64,000 nucleotides of DNA from Amoebophrya sp. A120 (lineage: Eukaryota > Protista > Dinoflagellata): contig CAJINV010000020.1 in NCBI GenBank assembly GCA_905178155.1, positions 372,001 to 436,000 of the forward strand, read 5' to 3'. The notes below the pieces were generated by a model. That model searched no databases. It was given only the letters and a program-made list of their open reading frames with translations, and had not been told where the DNA came from. Positions 50,308-62,131 of this stretch are shown piece by piece. Position numbers and translations under genes: made by a program. Numbering within the stretch: position 1 is the stretch's first letter; every line of letters begins with the position of its first letter.

Positions 50308-51451
50308 ATGGCGGAGGGGACCGCGATAGATCCAGCGGATCAGACGCAGCTGGATTACAAGGCGCAGCCGCCAAAGGTCAGATTTCGCAACTACTACCCA
50401 AAAACACCAGCGCTCCAGGCGGGCGTGCAACAGCGACTCACAACGACAGAAATAGAACAACAGGTACTGAGCTTTTGCAACGCGACGTTTTATTTTTGTG
50501 GCAAATTATCACCCAGCGCAGCAAGAGAAACATTAGACACGTTGTTGCGTTCGCATGACAAGTTTTGCACCGATTGAGGCATCTTAAATTTGTGATGCGT
50601 AGAAGAGCTATATGACAACGGAAAAAGTGACGCAGATTTGGCATGACAAAGATATAACTGTAACAAACACCCCAGATCGACAGCATCCTGGAGGCGAACC
50701 AGGAGGCTTTGGACAAGAAGGACTGGATGGCGCCGACCGCGTCGAAGAAGAACTGGGACATCATATCCTGAGTAAAAACGTACCCACACCAGAGTTGTAA
50801 TGCAGATTTGCAAAGACAGGAAGACTTGTAATGCGCATCCCCATGATAGCCGTTTCCAGTCGTGTTTTGGAATTTGTGATGCTGTGAACAGGATGAGCAG
50901 ATGAATCAGTGATGCGGCTGCACTTGCTAACCTGCACTACCCTGCATAGTGCAACTTGTCATGCGTGACTCACAAAACTCCTAGGTTTGTGTTGCAAAAT
51001 CCCCATCCTGACTCTGGTGTGGGTGCGTTTTTACTCAGGATACATCAAGCGGGATTTTACACGGAAACTGCAGAAGCTGGAGAAGAGAACGGAAACCGCC
51101 ATGGTGAAACTGATTCGGAAGCAACTGCTCGAGTCCCAGGGGAAGGCGGCGGCCGCCACAGCGCAGACGGAAGAAGAAGAAAAACAGTTGACCGAGGAAG
51201 CTCTACTCTCCGGCAGCAAAGCGTCCGGCTCGTCTTTGAAGCAAGACATTTTGCAGGAGGAAGACAGGATAAGAAACGGGTCCTCCGCCGCGGGGTCGAG
51301 CTCCAGCCGAGCGCCAAACCAGGTGGACGTAGAGATGCCGGATGCGAACGAGGACGGAGACGTTCGGCAAGACGGCAGTGAAGCCATGAAACAGTTCGGA
51401 AGACAGCTGGCAGAGATGCGCGACGAAGATTTGCTGAGTGATTCAGATTGA
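50308..51451 (+). CDS. CCDC12: Spliceosome-associated Cwf18/CCDC12; exons 50308-50463, 50676-50763, 51048-51451
   Basis: VRFRNYYP and KKNWDI-KRDFTRKLQKLEKRTETAMVKLIR. Confidence 0.85.
50764..51042. mobile_element. Introner family G, 279 bp
   Basis: TIR tatcctgagtaaaaacgtacccacaccagagt; TSD CATCA. Confidence 0.95.
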
Positions 51452-52296
51452 TCATAATCCAAGATAGAACCTGTAGAGGCTCTTGGAACTACACGACATC
51501 GTCATGAATCAAGTGTTGTACCACGAAAACGAAGTACCAAGTACCAAGAAAGCGCCAAGGGATTTGTTCCAAGAAATAATGCCACGCGTGCAAGTAGACC
51601 CTCCAGATGGGCGTGGTCGCAATGGTGTTGCGGGCGTTTTGTTCATGTCGATGTTCGATCCAAGACTAGTTGGGCTCCCGAGGAGGAAATTAGTTATGGA
51701 GACGATCACAAAAAGTCAGGGGCTTTGACTGCTGCAAAAATGCTTTTTTTTTGTGTGCTTGAAGGTGAATGAAGGGATCACGATCTGTGGATAGTCTTGT
51801 TGTTTGGGGTAAGTTAACGGTTTACTTGTGTCGAGGTTCCGAATTGAATCACTTGGTGACGACAGTACCAAAATCAAGTTGTTGAAGTTTTTTCTGCTCT
51901 GCCTTTTGTAAAAGTAGACGGGGATGTAGTTGATGATGAAGATCCGCACCCGCACGACCTTTATCTACTGTGTAGTTTGTGGACCTAAAAAAGAAGTTCA
52001 AATCGGTTGAGGTTTTTAAGTTGGTGAAAAAAGCAAGCAGCTAGGGAGTTTTGTGTTTTGAAAATAGGAGCCGTGTCATCTGACGCTTGCACTTGCGGTA
52101 AACGATCTTGTAAGAAGAGTAGGTCTTCTTGTTTTATTTCAATTGTTATCTTCATACAAACACAAACCCAAAGCGGCACGTGATGTGAATGCATATCTGA
52201 CAGGTATATAATCTATATTTGAGTCATCCTCATCTCCGCGGCGCAGAGGGGAAGAAGAATCTGTCGCTTCTAAAAAGATCAGCAATTCACTGCACC

Positions 52297-55200
52297 ATGG
52301 ACTACTACACGACAAGAACTGCGGATCAGCATGATCTCTGGGCACCACCAGAAGACGCACCGTATTGGCGCGTCTCCCGAGACTGCACCGAATGCAGTCG
52401 CACTTTGGCATGCTACGAGGCTTCGCCAAGTTTCAGCAGCGACGGGGCCGACAACATCGCGCGAAGTCACCCCTTGCACGAAAGGGACCGCGGAAGAATG
52501 CACGGGGACAGCTTTCGCCCGATTAATTTTGACCAATACAAGAAGCTCACTGTGCAGACGCTGCTGTGCGAATTCAAACCTCCTGCAGGAGCAAAAGCAT
52601 CTTCCGGGTCGTCCTCGTCCTCCTCCTCTTCTTTCTCCGGAGTTGTAGATCCTCCTGCGAAACAAGAAGCCGGTCGAAGCGGGATAAAGAAAACGACTCC
52701 CAGCAGCACCATAAAACCAGCGACAGCAGGCCCGGAGGAGCCCACGCGAGGACCACCGGAGGAAGAGAGACCAAGTAGACGGAACAAGCTGATCATTCCG
52801 GAAAAACGCGATTTCGTTGAAGTTGGCACGTCTTACTACGACACGCTCGCGCAGTGCTGCTACCCGGAGCAGATGGAGCGTGACGGGAGTAGCAATTGCT
52901 ACTATTTGGAGTCCTGCTACCAGCTCAAGTACAGCAATTGCGAGAAGTGGCTCGGTTTACCCACAGCCACCGGCATCAGCATCGACGCCATTCCGCAAAA
53001 CGTGGAGATGCTGCCCCGAACCTCGAACAATTTCACGAAAATCGCGAAGCCGGTAGCCGGAAGAGCGATGGACGTGGCGGAGCGGGCGCGCGTGGACTTT
53101 CTGCGAAAGGACCACTTGCGGGACAAGGTCTTGCAGTTCTGGGACAGCAAGGGGTGGCTGGTCCCGTGGGACATCTGCTACAACCAGGCCGCTCAGAATA
53201 TGGCGTTCTCAATCGTTACATTCTCAACTGTTACATCGATTTGTAATGCAAGAACGGCAAAACTAAAAGGGGTGACCTTGCGCGTATTGCATGACAGATT
53301 CGGCGCAGATTCTCAGCCTGTGTGGCTCTTCGAGAATTTGTCATGCGAAGCAGCTTGATCGTGTCAATTCTGATTGTAATTTTGCATGACAAATCACGTA
53401 ACAGTTGTGAATGTAACATTTGAGAACGCCATACAGAAAAATCGCGTTTGGGAGCAGGATTTTACGGATCCTTGCTTTCTCGACTGGCTTTACCGCCAGG
53501 AGAACCCAACTCTGGCGGACTTTTTGCCACACAAGAAGAAGAATTCGTGCGCGGATGAAAATAGTACCACGACCGGAGGTAATGGTAACAGTAACTCCAG
53601 CTCCAGGGTAACGCGGGCGGATAGCACGACAGCGAGCACGACCGCGGAAGGTGGGAGCTCCACGAGGCAAAGTGTGGACAATTTGATAGAGGATGTCGAG
53701 GCGGTGGCCGCTGGACGAGGAGGGCCACAGCAGCCAGAAACAGAATGGGGTACAGAAAGATTTTTGTGTTTGTGATTTACTGTGTGTCAGGGCGATCATG
53801 CAGTAGTTTCTCGCGGCCCCTGATTTGTTTCCTCATTGCGCGTTCACGATTTAGTTTTGCAGCCCTGGTTCTTGTGCAGGACTTCTGATCATGATGAACT
53901 ACTGCCTTCTACATTTGCGAAGCCACGGAACAACGAAACATAGGTGTAGAAGAAGGCGACGATCACGATACGCAGGCGAAGATGAACATCACCACCTCCG
54001 GCGCCAAAGTAGAAGAACCTCGAGATCTTCATGAAGGCCCCGCCTCGCTGCTGCACGATGTGCCGAAAGAAGTCGCGGAGCAGAAGGTAGCAGAGTGGCG
54101 AGAAAAGGACGAAGCGGAGAAAAATAGCACCCCGTTGCCGGACAACCACGTCTACCTCTACGGGCTTTTGCCTGAAAAAATGCACGAGATGCGCAAAGCG
54201 GAGGAGACGGCAACACCTTGCGCCGAGCACGGAGTGCCCAACTGCAAAAGATGCTCCTTCGTTGGGGCCCGCACCTGCGCGACGTCGTCGATCAATGAGC
54301 CCACCAAGTACCTGCTGGAACTGCTTTCCTACAACAACATGCTGCACCTGCTGAAGCGGCAAACGGTGGAAACCGAGGCTCTGTCCTCGATTTTACGGAG
54401 GCACAAAGTGCTCATGGTCGACACGCTGCTACGCAATTGCGAAAAAAGACCAGTGTCGAGGACGCAGTCGCAACAAGGTCTGCGTGATAATGTGATGTGA
54501 AGACTTGTTTTTGCCTGCTTAAGACATCTGTTGAGCAGACATGTAAGTATTGATTTGATTTCGGGCTGCAGCTCTTCTCTTTATCCGACAAATAAGCGTA
54601 TTTGTGTTCTTGCCCATACATAGTCAACTGCTCCTGCAAAACGAAAACTCGGCGACTGCCACCTTTGCTGGACTGGTTTATTTTTCAACCACTTGCATAA
54701 GCCAAGTTGGATTTGGAAGGTGCGGATGGTGAAATTCTGCGGGATTTGATGTGGAACCATTTTCAGAAGTTTGGCCTGCTCTCCCTGCCGCGCTTGATCA
54801 TTTTCGAGGCGAACGCCACCAACTGGGCCGAGGCGCAGATGATTATCCTGAGTAAAAACGTACCCACACCATAGTCAAGATGGGGAATCGGCTAGACAAG
54901 TCCACAAGTTTTGGCTGTTTTGCATGACAAATTTGCATTCGTAGTGTAGTGCGGTTTGAGCTAGCTCAGCAGCATCACAGATCTAGCATACCATGCTGAT
55001 TGGAGCATGACAAATTGCAAAACACGGCTAGAAAATGCTTCTCATGGGGCTCCGCATGAGAAACATTTTCAGCATGCAGATTTGCATTACAACTCTGGTG
55101 TGGGTACGTTTTTACTCAGGATAATGATGTTGCAGTCCCTGGAGTCCTGGTTTGGGTACAAAACCCAAGACTTCTTCTACCAGGGAATGCGCAAATGCCA

Positions 55201-55927
55201 CCCGGCTAGTATCCTGAGTAAAAACGTACCCACACCAGAGTTGTCATGCGACTTTGCCATGACAGGAACATTTGTGATGCGCAACCCCATGACAGGCATT
55301 TTCAATCGTGTTTGGGAATTTGTAATGCTGTAAACAGGAGCAGCAGATCGATTTGTGATGCGGCTTTCCTTGCTAACTTGCACTACCTTACGGACTGAAA
55401 CTTGTCATGCGTGACTCACAAAACTCCTAGGCTTGTGTTGCAAAATCCCCATCCTGACTCTGGTGTGGGTACGTTTTTACTCAGGATAGCTAGCGCGGGC
55501 CAGGTCTCGGACATGAAGGTGGAGCTACCGGAGGAGGTGGAGAGGGTGAAGCAGAAACTGTGGGAGGAGGTCATCTATCACATGGAAAAAATGTCTGGGT
55601 CTGGAAGAATGCAACTTGTGATGCTGCATTTGGATTCCAAAAGAATTTGTGTTGCGTGAGTACCTAAGGAAAGGCAATTTTTGCTACGCTGAGAAGGCAT
55701 TTGTCATGCGGAATACGCATCAAGAAGCCCTCAAAAAATCTGTATTGCTAGGGGATGCATCACAGACATCATGGCTCATGCAAGACGTGCGTGACAAGTG
55801 TCAGAATCTTCCAGACCCAGACATTCTTACAGTTGATATCATCCAGGTGTTTCACACGCTGGAGGAGCAAGAGCAGCGGCAGATGAATCGAGCGAAGGAA
55901 CAGGAAAAAAGGAAAAATTTTTTATGA
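52297..55927 (+). CDS. FkbM-like SAM-dependent methyltransferase, expanded; 5 introners and a GT-AG intron
   Basis: DFVEVGTSYYDTL, GISIDAIP, VDTL-KLDLEGADGEIL, LIIFEAN. Confidence 0.6.
53199..53433. mobile_element. Introner family H, 235 bp
   Basis: Long TIR tatggcgttctcaatcgttacattctcaactgttac; TSD CAGAA. Confidence 0.93.
54430..54699. mobile_element. Degenerate introner
   Basis: tacgcaattgcgaaaaaagaccagt vs reverse complement tatgcaagtggttgaaaaataaaccagt; TSD eroded (GCTGC/AGCCA); removal of element plus 5 nt keeps the frame. Confidence 0.65.
54844..55123. mobile_element. Introner family G, 280 bp
   Basis: Family G TIR; TSD ATGAT. Confidence 0.95.
55210..55488. mobile_element. Introner family G, 279 bp, opposite orientation to 54844
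   Basis: Perfect TIR of about 32 bp; TSD GCTAG. Confidence 0.95.
55576..55838. mobile_element. Introner family A (A1, reverse orientation)
   Basis: Family A TIR; TSD TCATC. Confidence 0.95.
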
Positions 55928-56098
55928 CATAAAAAATTGATGACTGCTCTTTGATGTTCTCGTTTTCGTCTAACACGAATGAATGTACACACTATTGAAG
56001 AAGATTCCCAAAACCACCCTATTCAGAAAGGTTTTGGCCAAGAAGAACATACACTGTAAATGTACACAGTATAATGATGTTGTTGTTGAAATGAACAA

Positions 56099-56307
56099 TA
56101 TCCAAGAAAAAAACTGTGTAAGTGTAACTTTCTTTGAGGAACAGCATCACAAATTTGCTCTGCATGACAGAGAAAATCTGTCGTGCGTGGCTTGTAAGGG
56201 AAAATACACATGAAAAGAGGGCCGCATGGTTGTCCGGCATGACAGGTGTATCTCTGCTGCATGTTCTGCAACACAAATTTACACTTACACAGTTTTTTTC
56301 TTGCATA
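56099..56307. mobile_element. Family C element in probable 3'UTR or intergenic DNA
   Basis: TIR tatccaagaaaaaaactgtgtaagtgtaa; TSD AACAA. Confidence 0.93.
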
Positions 56308-56907
56308 AACAACCAGCACGAACGTGACAGCGACTTTCTGGAACGACGGACATTTTTACACATCTGAAAACGATATTGATGAAGAAGAACCAACAAACGA
56401 GAAAAACGATTTTTGCATCACAAACTTTATCTTGGTGTTTCGCTTGTTGTTGTACTTGTCTTTCCAAAAACCCGGCCGGTTCTAGCGAAGATCCAAAAAA
56501 CCAAAACGATACGTGTGGGCACTTCGGGTTTTTCACATGGTCTTTTTCGTATCTATAGCGATCATTGTACAATTAGGGTTTAAGGATTTAGGGTCTCTCC
56601 ACATCTTGAGCAAGAATTGTGCGCGCGCGTTTTTACCGCTCTCCCATCTACTCAGCAGGATGCGCTTGAAACATTTACGATCATACCGAGCTCGATCAAG
56701 TTATTTAGCTGCGCTTCTAACGGCTTCAGCTTCTTCGTGCGAAAAATTGCAGATTCATTTTCATGATCCATTGTTATACTGTTGAGTAAAACTACTCCAA
56801 CGCTAGATGAGACCCGTTTTCCGGCACAAGGCAAAAAAAAATATGTTCATCACAAGCACCACTCAACAGAAACACGACCAGACTGACAAAAGGAACGCAA
56901 GATCATC

Positions 56908-58050
56908 ATGTTGGCCCCGCGCCGCCTGCCTTTCCTCGCGACCACCTCCGGATACTACCTTCGTTTTTTACTAGCCGGGCTCTGTTGTGGTGCGGTTTTT
57001 CCCACGGAGAAACTCCTTCCCGACGAATACTTCCTCGCAAGCTTTTGCCTTCTCTTCGCGCTGTCAAATTTGGTCGCGTATGAAAGCAAAAATTGGCTAC
57101 AGACCGGCAACTTCACCTGTGGCGTTTTGACCGGGCAAGTACTTTGTCGAATCGCGGCCCGGCTATGTTCTTCCAGTGATAGTAGTACAACTAGCGGAGA
57201 CAGCAGTGCTGGAAATGATGCTGAACGACCAGCCTGGGATCAGTTCCTGTCGTGGGGCAGCAAGAACAGAGGAGGACTAGCGTCATCTACTACTTCCGAT
57301 CAAGATAATATTCCGTTCCGCACCGGGGTGATCGATGTGGATTTGTTCCTCTTGCAGGTCCTGCTCTTCCACGTGTTCGAGTTCTATTTTGTGGCGACGT
57401 TTCACCCCGAGGAGGTGACTTTTGGCAGTTTCGTATTCAACCCGGTGCCGTATCATTTGTACGGCATTGTGCTGCTTTCCGCGGTGTTGGAGCGGCATTT
57501 TTTTTGGGAGAGGATTATTTCGGGCCTATCGTCACCAGTGGACGTCTTGTTGTTTCGTGGAGATGAAAATTATAGTGAAACAACAACAAGCGTATCTACT
57601 TCCGTAACATCATCAGCCTTGGCGCAAAGAACACCACCGCACAACCCAACGAGCTTCACTATCGGGATTGTCCTCGCGTTTTCCGGACTACTTTTCCGGG
57701 TCGCCGCACTGTGGACGGCGGGCAACAACTTTTCTCACGTGGTGCGCACGGAGCGGGAGAAGAGTCACCAGTTGATTACCAAGGGCGTCTACGCGATCTT
57801 TCGCCACCCGGCTTACGTCGGCTGGCTGGTTTGGTCGGTGGGTACCCAGTTGATACTGGGGAATCGCGTGAATTTTTTTCTCTATCTTCTCATCGGCTAC
57901 GTCTTTCTCTACCGAAGAATACCGGTCGAAGAACATTTTTTGCTGAGCTTTTTTGGCTCGCAGTACTTGGAGTATGCGAAGACCGTACCCTGCGGCATAC
58001 CCTTTGCGTCCGACATCGACGCCTATCATCGGAAAAACAAAAAGCAATAA
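56908..58050 (+). CDS. ICMT: Protein-S-isoprenylcysteine O-methyltransferase (Ste14), intronless
   Basis: FHVFEFY, TAGNNFSHVV, HQLITKGVYAIFRHPAYVGWLVWSVGTQLILGN, RIPVEEHFLLSFFGSQYLEY. Confidence 0.95.
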   Translation: MLAPRRLPFLATTSGYYLRFLLAGLCCGAVFPTEKLLPDEYFLASFCLLFALSNLVAYESKNWLQTGNFTCGVLTGQVLCRIAARLCSSSDSSTTSGDSSAGNDAERPAWDQFLSWGSKNRGGLASSTTSDQDNIPFRTGVIDVDLFLLQVLLFHVFEFYFVATFHPEEVTFGSFVFNPVPYHLYGIVLLSAVLERHFFWERIISGLSSPVDVLLFRGDENYSETTTSVSTSVTSSALAQRTPPHNPTSFTIGIVLAFSGLLFRVAALWTAGNNFSHVVRTEREKSHQLITKGVYAIFRHPAYVGWLVWSVGTQLILGNRVNFFLYLLIGYVFLYRRIPVEEHFLLSFFGSQYLEYAKTVPCGIPFASDIDAYHRKNKKQ

Positions 58051-58387
58051 TAGGAATGCAGTGTCGTGGTCGGACGACGTGACGTGGTGCGTGCGAAGTT
58101 GCGCTTGCTTTAAACCGGTGTTCCTGGTTCTGCTTCTGATATCGGTCGTCGTTGTCTCGGTTCGTGTCGTCTGCCTTTGGGATTTTTAAGTTGTACCCGC
58201 CACCATGAAAGACGGTGTTATTTCGGTCTTGGTTTGGAAAATAGCGAGACAAAAGTAGCTTCAACGCCCTCCGAGCCACGAAAAAAGTCGAAGCAAAAGC
58301 GAAGCTTCCACTTCTGCCACCCCGGCTTCACAACTTCTCGACCGTTCTTAATACAGAACCGGGTCTGCGCACGAAAAAACGAGAGCC

Positions 58388-61030
58388 ATGTCTTGTTCGT
58401 CGCTCCTCCCTCGTTTTTTCCCCACGACAGCATCTTCAGTAGCCCTGCTTATCTCGTGGGTGCTCCTCCTCGTCCACACTGCGACTCCATCCGAGGCCAA
58501 AAGTTCAAGCCAGGCGGAACCGGTTTCGATCGCGCCCGCCGCCGGGGATCCGGGCGGCTTCATGGACGAAGACGGCAATCACCAGGGGTTTCTGGACGAC
58601 GAGACTGGCGAAGACGATGACGATCTCGACGGTAGCTTCTCGTTGGACGAAATGGAGCTCGCGGCGGACGAGCTGCTGGCGCAGTCCGTTCGGTCCGGCG
58701 CGATCGACGTGTCTGCCAGTGCGAAATTGCTTGACAACGGCGTGCAGCAGGTCGCCAGCAGTGAGGAGTATCTCCAACAATTTTCCCTAGCGGGCAGTGA
58801 TACCATCGGAGGATCAACACAAGCTGCACGTGTACAACAACTCGGGCAAAGCCAGGCCGGGCTGACGGTGAAGACCGCGCCGGGCGGGGAGCTCGTGGAC
58901 CAGGGGGTGACCGCGGCTTCCAGTATGGAGATGAAGAACGGGGTATTGGTGTACAAGGAGGATGAGAGTAGTACTCCGGAAGGAGCAGGAGATAGAGCGG
59001 CAGCAGACCTTGTTGAGCGGGAGCAGACGAAATTGGAGCAACTGACGCAGGAATTATCCGAAACGCAGAAAAGGCACAATCAGTTCAAGGACCAGCTGCG
59101 GGAGACCGCGAAAAAGGAGCAGACCAAGAAGATGAACAAACAAAAAAACAAAAAGACGCTTTCCGGGTTTCTGACCAAGTGGAAGAATTTCGCCACCGAC
59201 TGGTTTCAGCCCGGGTACTGCCGCGAGGCCAAGCGTTCCACGAACTACCACACTGCGGAGAACTGCTATTCGCCCTCGCGCTGCTCTATCCAAGAAAAAC
59301 GCTATGTGAGTGTAAATCTGTCATGTAGAAAATGCAAATTGTCATGCTGGATATGCGTCATAGAAGGCCACTTTCATACCTGTTTTCACGTGCTAGTCGC
59401 GCATGACAGGTTTTCCTTGTAATGTAAAAACGAATATAGTGATGCTGCTTTTCCGTACAAAGTTAATACACATGCTCACAGTTTTTTTCTTGGATATGCT
59501 CGGACCCCCGGATCCGGCAAGTCTGCCTCACGCAGGGCTTCGTGCAGATATCAGATGCAAAAATTTCTGGGTCTAGAACAAAGCAACTTGTCATGCTAAA
59601 TGTGAATCAGGCAAAAAACTGTGTTGCATGATTGGCAAAAGTTGTGCACTCTTGATGTAAGTAATCGAGAGGCAGTTTCTCATGCAGAATAGGCATTAGA
59701 ATTAGAAAGGTCTCGTCGCAGAATCTGTCATGCTATGTCCTACATGCCAGACCTCATGGGCCATGGAAAACCTGCATGACAAATCTGGCGATCTTCCAGA
59801 CCCAGGCACTTTTGCAATCCATAGCAGATGACCGACAACTACGTCCTGTTCAAGTCCGGGAACGGGTGCCGGGCGGCGCCCGTCACCGAGGTGGATGTAT
59901 CCCCGAGAAAAACGCGGGCAGGGCATATTTGTAAATGCAAAAACAAATACACAGAAAAATTTGTCATGGGTGGTCCCATAGCGTGCTGCTTCGGGTATGC
60001 AGTGCAGATTTTTTTTGCGTATTTATTTTTGCAATACAAATATGCCCTGCCAGCTTTTTTCTGTGTGATAGGATGCGAAAACCGGGCGGGTGATCCGGAA
60101 GAACCAGAACGCCTGCGTGCCGCTGCGGCACTACTGCGCCATGCAGTGGGACGGCATTTCCTGCGGGGAACTGGAGGGCTGCGAGTGGGTCGTCACGGGG
60201 CGAGTATCAAATGTAAAAATGTCTGGGTTTGGAAGAATGCAACTTGTCATGCTAAATCTGAAGCATGCAAAAATCTGTGTTGCATGATTACCAAAAGTCG
60301 TCCAGTTTTGACCAAGTCGCGAGGGAGTTTCTCATGCAGGCTAGGCATGAGAGAGATCGCACAGAATCTGTCATGCTAGGTCCTGCATTCCAGACCAGAC
60401 CTCATGGGTCATGGAAAAGCTGCGTGACAAGTCGCGCATTCTTCCAGACCCAGACATTTTTACATTTGATAGCGAGGGGAGGAAAGCATAAGCAACCAGG
60501 CAGGTGGGTCCTCGTCGACGGAGGTGGGAGCAGCCGCTGTGGAGGATGTTGATCCTAGTGTTGCTCCTGTTGAGAAAAAAAACGAAAACCCACCCCGTCT
60601 TTCCTGGCGAAATTACGAGACAACAATCCCGGGCGTTGCCTACCTGCTGCCGGACCTGCCCTGCGACCCGCTGCCCACCGCTCGTCGCGCGCGGCGGGAG
60701 CCGTGTTTCTTAAAGGAGCCGAAGGCGGTCGACAAAAAGAGTTGGTGGTACTGGTTCCTCACCAGCCGGGTGACGAAACTCAGCACGTCCGCACAGTGGC
60801 GCTACGAGAGGCTGACGCGCCGCGATTTGTCCTACAATGTCCCGCGGAACGACTGCGGCAGGTGCAAGGAGGTCTCGACCCACTGCTACGAGAATTCCCA
60901 GTGTTGCAGCAATAAGTGTGCCGTCGGTCCGGGATTGTATAGCTTCACGCACAAAAAAAGATGCCAGCCGGTGGCGGGGGAGCAAGGATATCCCTCTGTG
61001 AGTGAAGGGGGCATTACCGTGTCGGTGTAA
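58388..61030 (+). CDS. Secreted protein: signal peptide, acidic/coiled-coil region, Cys-rich C-terminus; 4 introners
   Basis: VALLISWVLLLVHTA; joins RCS-DPR, VQ-MTD, VD-AKT, GR-GEE; C-terminal Cx6Cx5CCx3Cx14C. Confidence 0.7.
59287..59496. mobile_element. Introner family C, 210 bp
   Basis: tatccaagaaaaa TIR; TSD TGCTC. Confidence 0.93.
59549..59823. mobile_element. Introner family A (A2), 275 bp
   Basis: Family A TIR; TSD GCAGA. Confidence 0.93.
59898..60070. mobile_element. Introner family D, 173 bp
   Basis: tatccccgagaaaaa / ttttttctgtgtgata; TSD GGATG. Confidence 0.92.
60205..60471. mobile_element. Introner family A (A2), 267 bp
   Basis: Perfect TIR of about 36 bp; TSD GCGAG. Confidence 0.95.
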
Positions 61031-61320
61031 CGCGTATAATTCTGGTGTACACATTTATAAACCGTGTGTTTCTGAGTAGAACCAGAAGTGAAATCCACCA
61101 GCTCGTCGGCCAGTAGAAATGACCAGATACTATTGCACGGAATGTTGTAGCAATAATCTCCGTGCGGGATCATGAAGATGAGATGACAATTTCTCCTTTT
61201 CGCCTGTGTACAAAGTAGCTTCTGTTTTAGTGAAACGGCTTCATAAAAACAATGCACCACTACCACTTTTTCTACATCAATGTGATGATTGCAAAACGCA
61301 AACGAAACTGATCGCTTGTA

Positions 61321-61400
61321 GAACAAACAAGCTCGCCCAATGTACTAGGACAAGTTTCATGAACAAACAAGCCCGCCCAATGTACTAGTACAAGTTTCAT
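61321..61400. repeat. Tandem duplication, 2 x 40 bp
   Basis: gaacaaacaagc(t/c)cgcccaatgtactag(g/t)acaagtttcat twice. Confidence 0.85.
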
Positions 61401-62131
61401 CATGAACAATGTAAGTAGGTCTCTCCTGTGCATCTTCTTTGTCTGCAAAAGGAAAAGGAAAACAAAAAAATGTGCTGAAGATCAATAATTAAACGAAGCT
61501 CTCAGAGTCAGAAGGCAAATGCCGCTTCAGTTTAGGAACATTGTCTGGATTTCGTTTTCGCTGCTATGAAGGAGTACTCGACAGCTGCTTTCGTGTTCTT
61601 ATCTCATCCTTCGCGCGCGCGGCCCGAGATACACTCCATCGCGCCCCTTGCTACTGCAGCATGAAGCACCAGATAGTATATTCTTGAGTCGTTCTTGCCC
61701 GCTATCGCCAAGAGGAGAGCCAAATCGCCCTGCACCAGAGATAGAATTTGGATTATCGAGAGAGCCTTGAAAGAAAAAAACAATTCGGTCGTTTGGGTGA
61801 CTCACTGGTCGAAGATGGAACCACATTAAAGTCGTGATCGCGCCGGGGTAAGTAGTCTCGACCTCCACGTCGTGGCACGAGAGAGGCGCTGCGCATAAAC
61901 GAACAGGCTCCTCTAAGTTGTACTTCACTCGTAGTTTGTTCAATGCTGGTGGTACGTAGACGTATGCTCGTTGTATCTTAAACCGGCGCGAGATGAAAGA
62001 CTAGAGCTCGTGTTCGAGAGGAAGAAGTCTGGTGGACCACTTTCGCAAGAAACTGTTCGTTCTCCAGCTACCTTGTGGGGAAATATACAGCACTTTAAGA
62101 GAACGTCCAGGTAAAAACAATCATCTCCAAA

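Noticed and set aside
56573-56593. Telomere-like TTAGGG/TTTAGGG units
   Set aside because: Only about 3 imperfect units; too short to call
274-59079. Long minus-strand ORFs (e.g. 5826-6713, 10227-10907, 16943-17656)
   Set aside because: Antisense shadows of GC-rich + strand CDS with no recognisable motifs
942-60471. Recurring peptides KMSGSGR, LPDPDIF and FQTQT in many short ORFs
   Set aside because: They are translations of the family A TIR in different frames, not a protein domain
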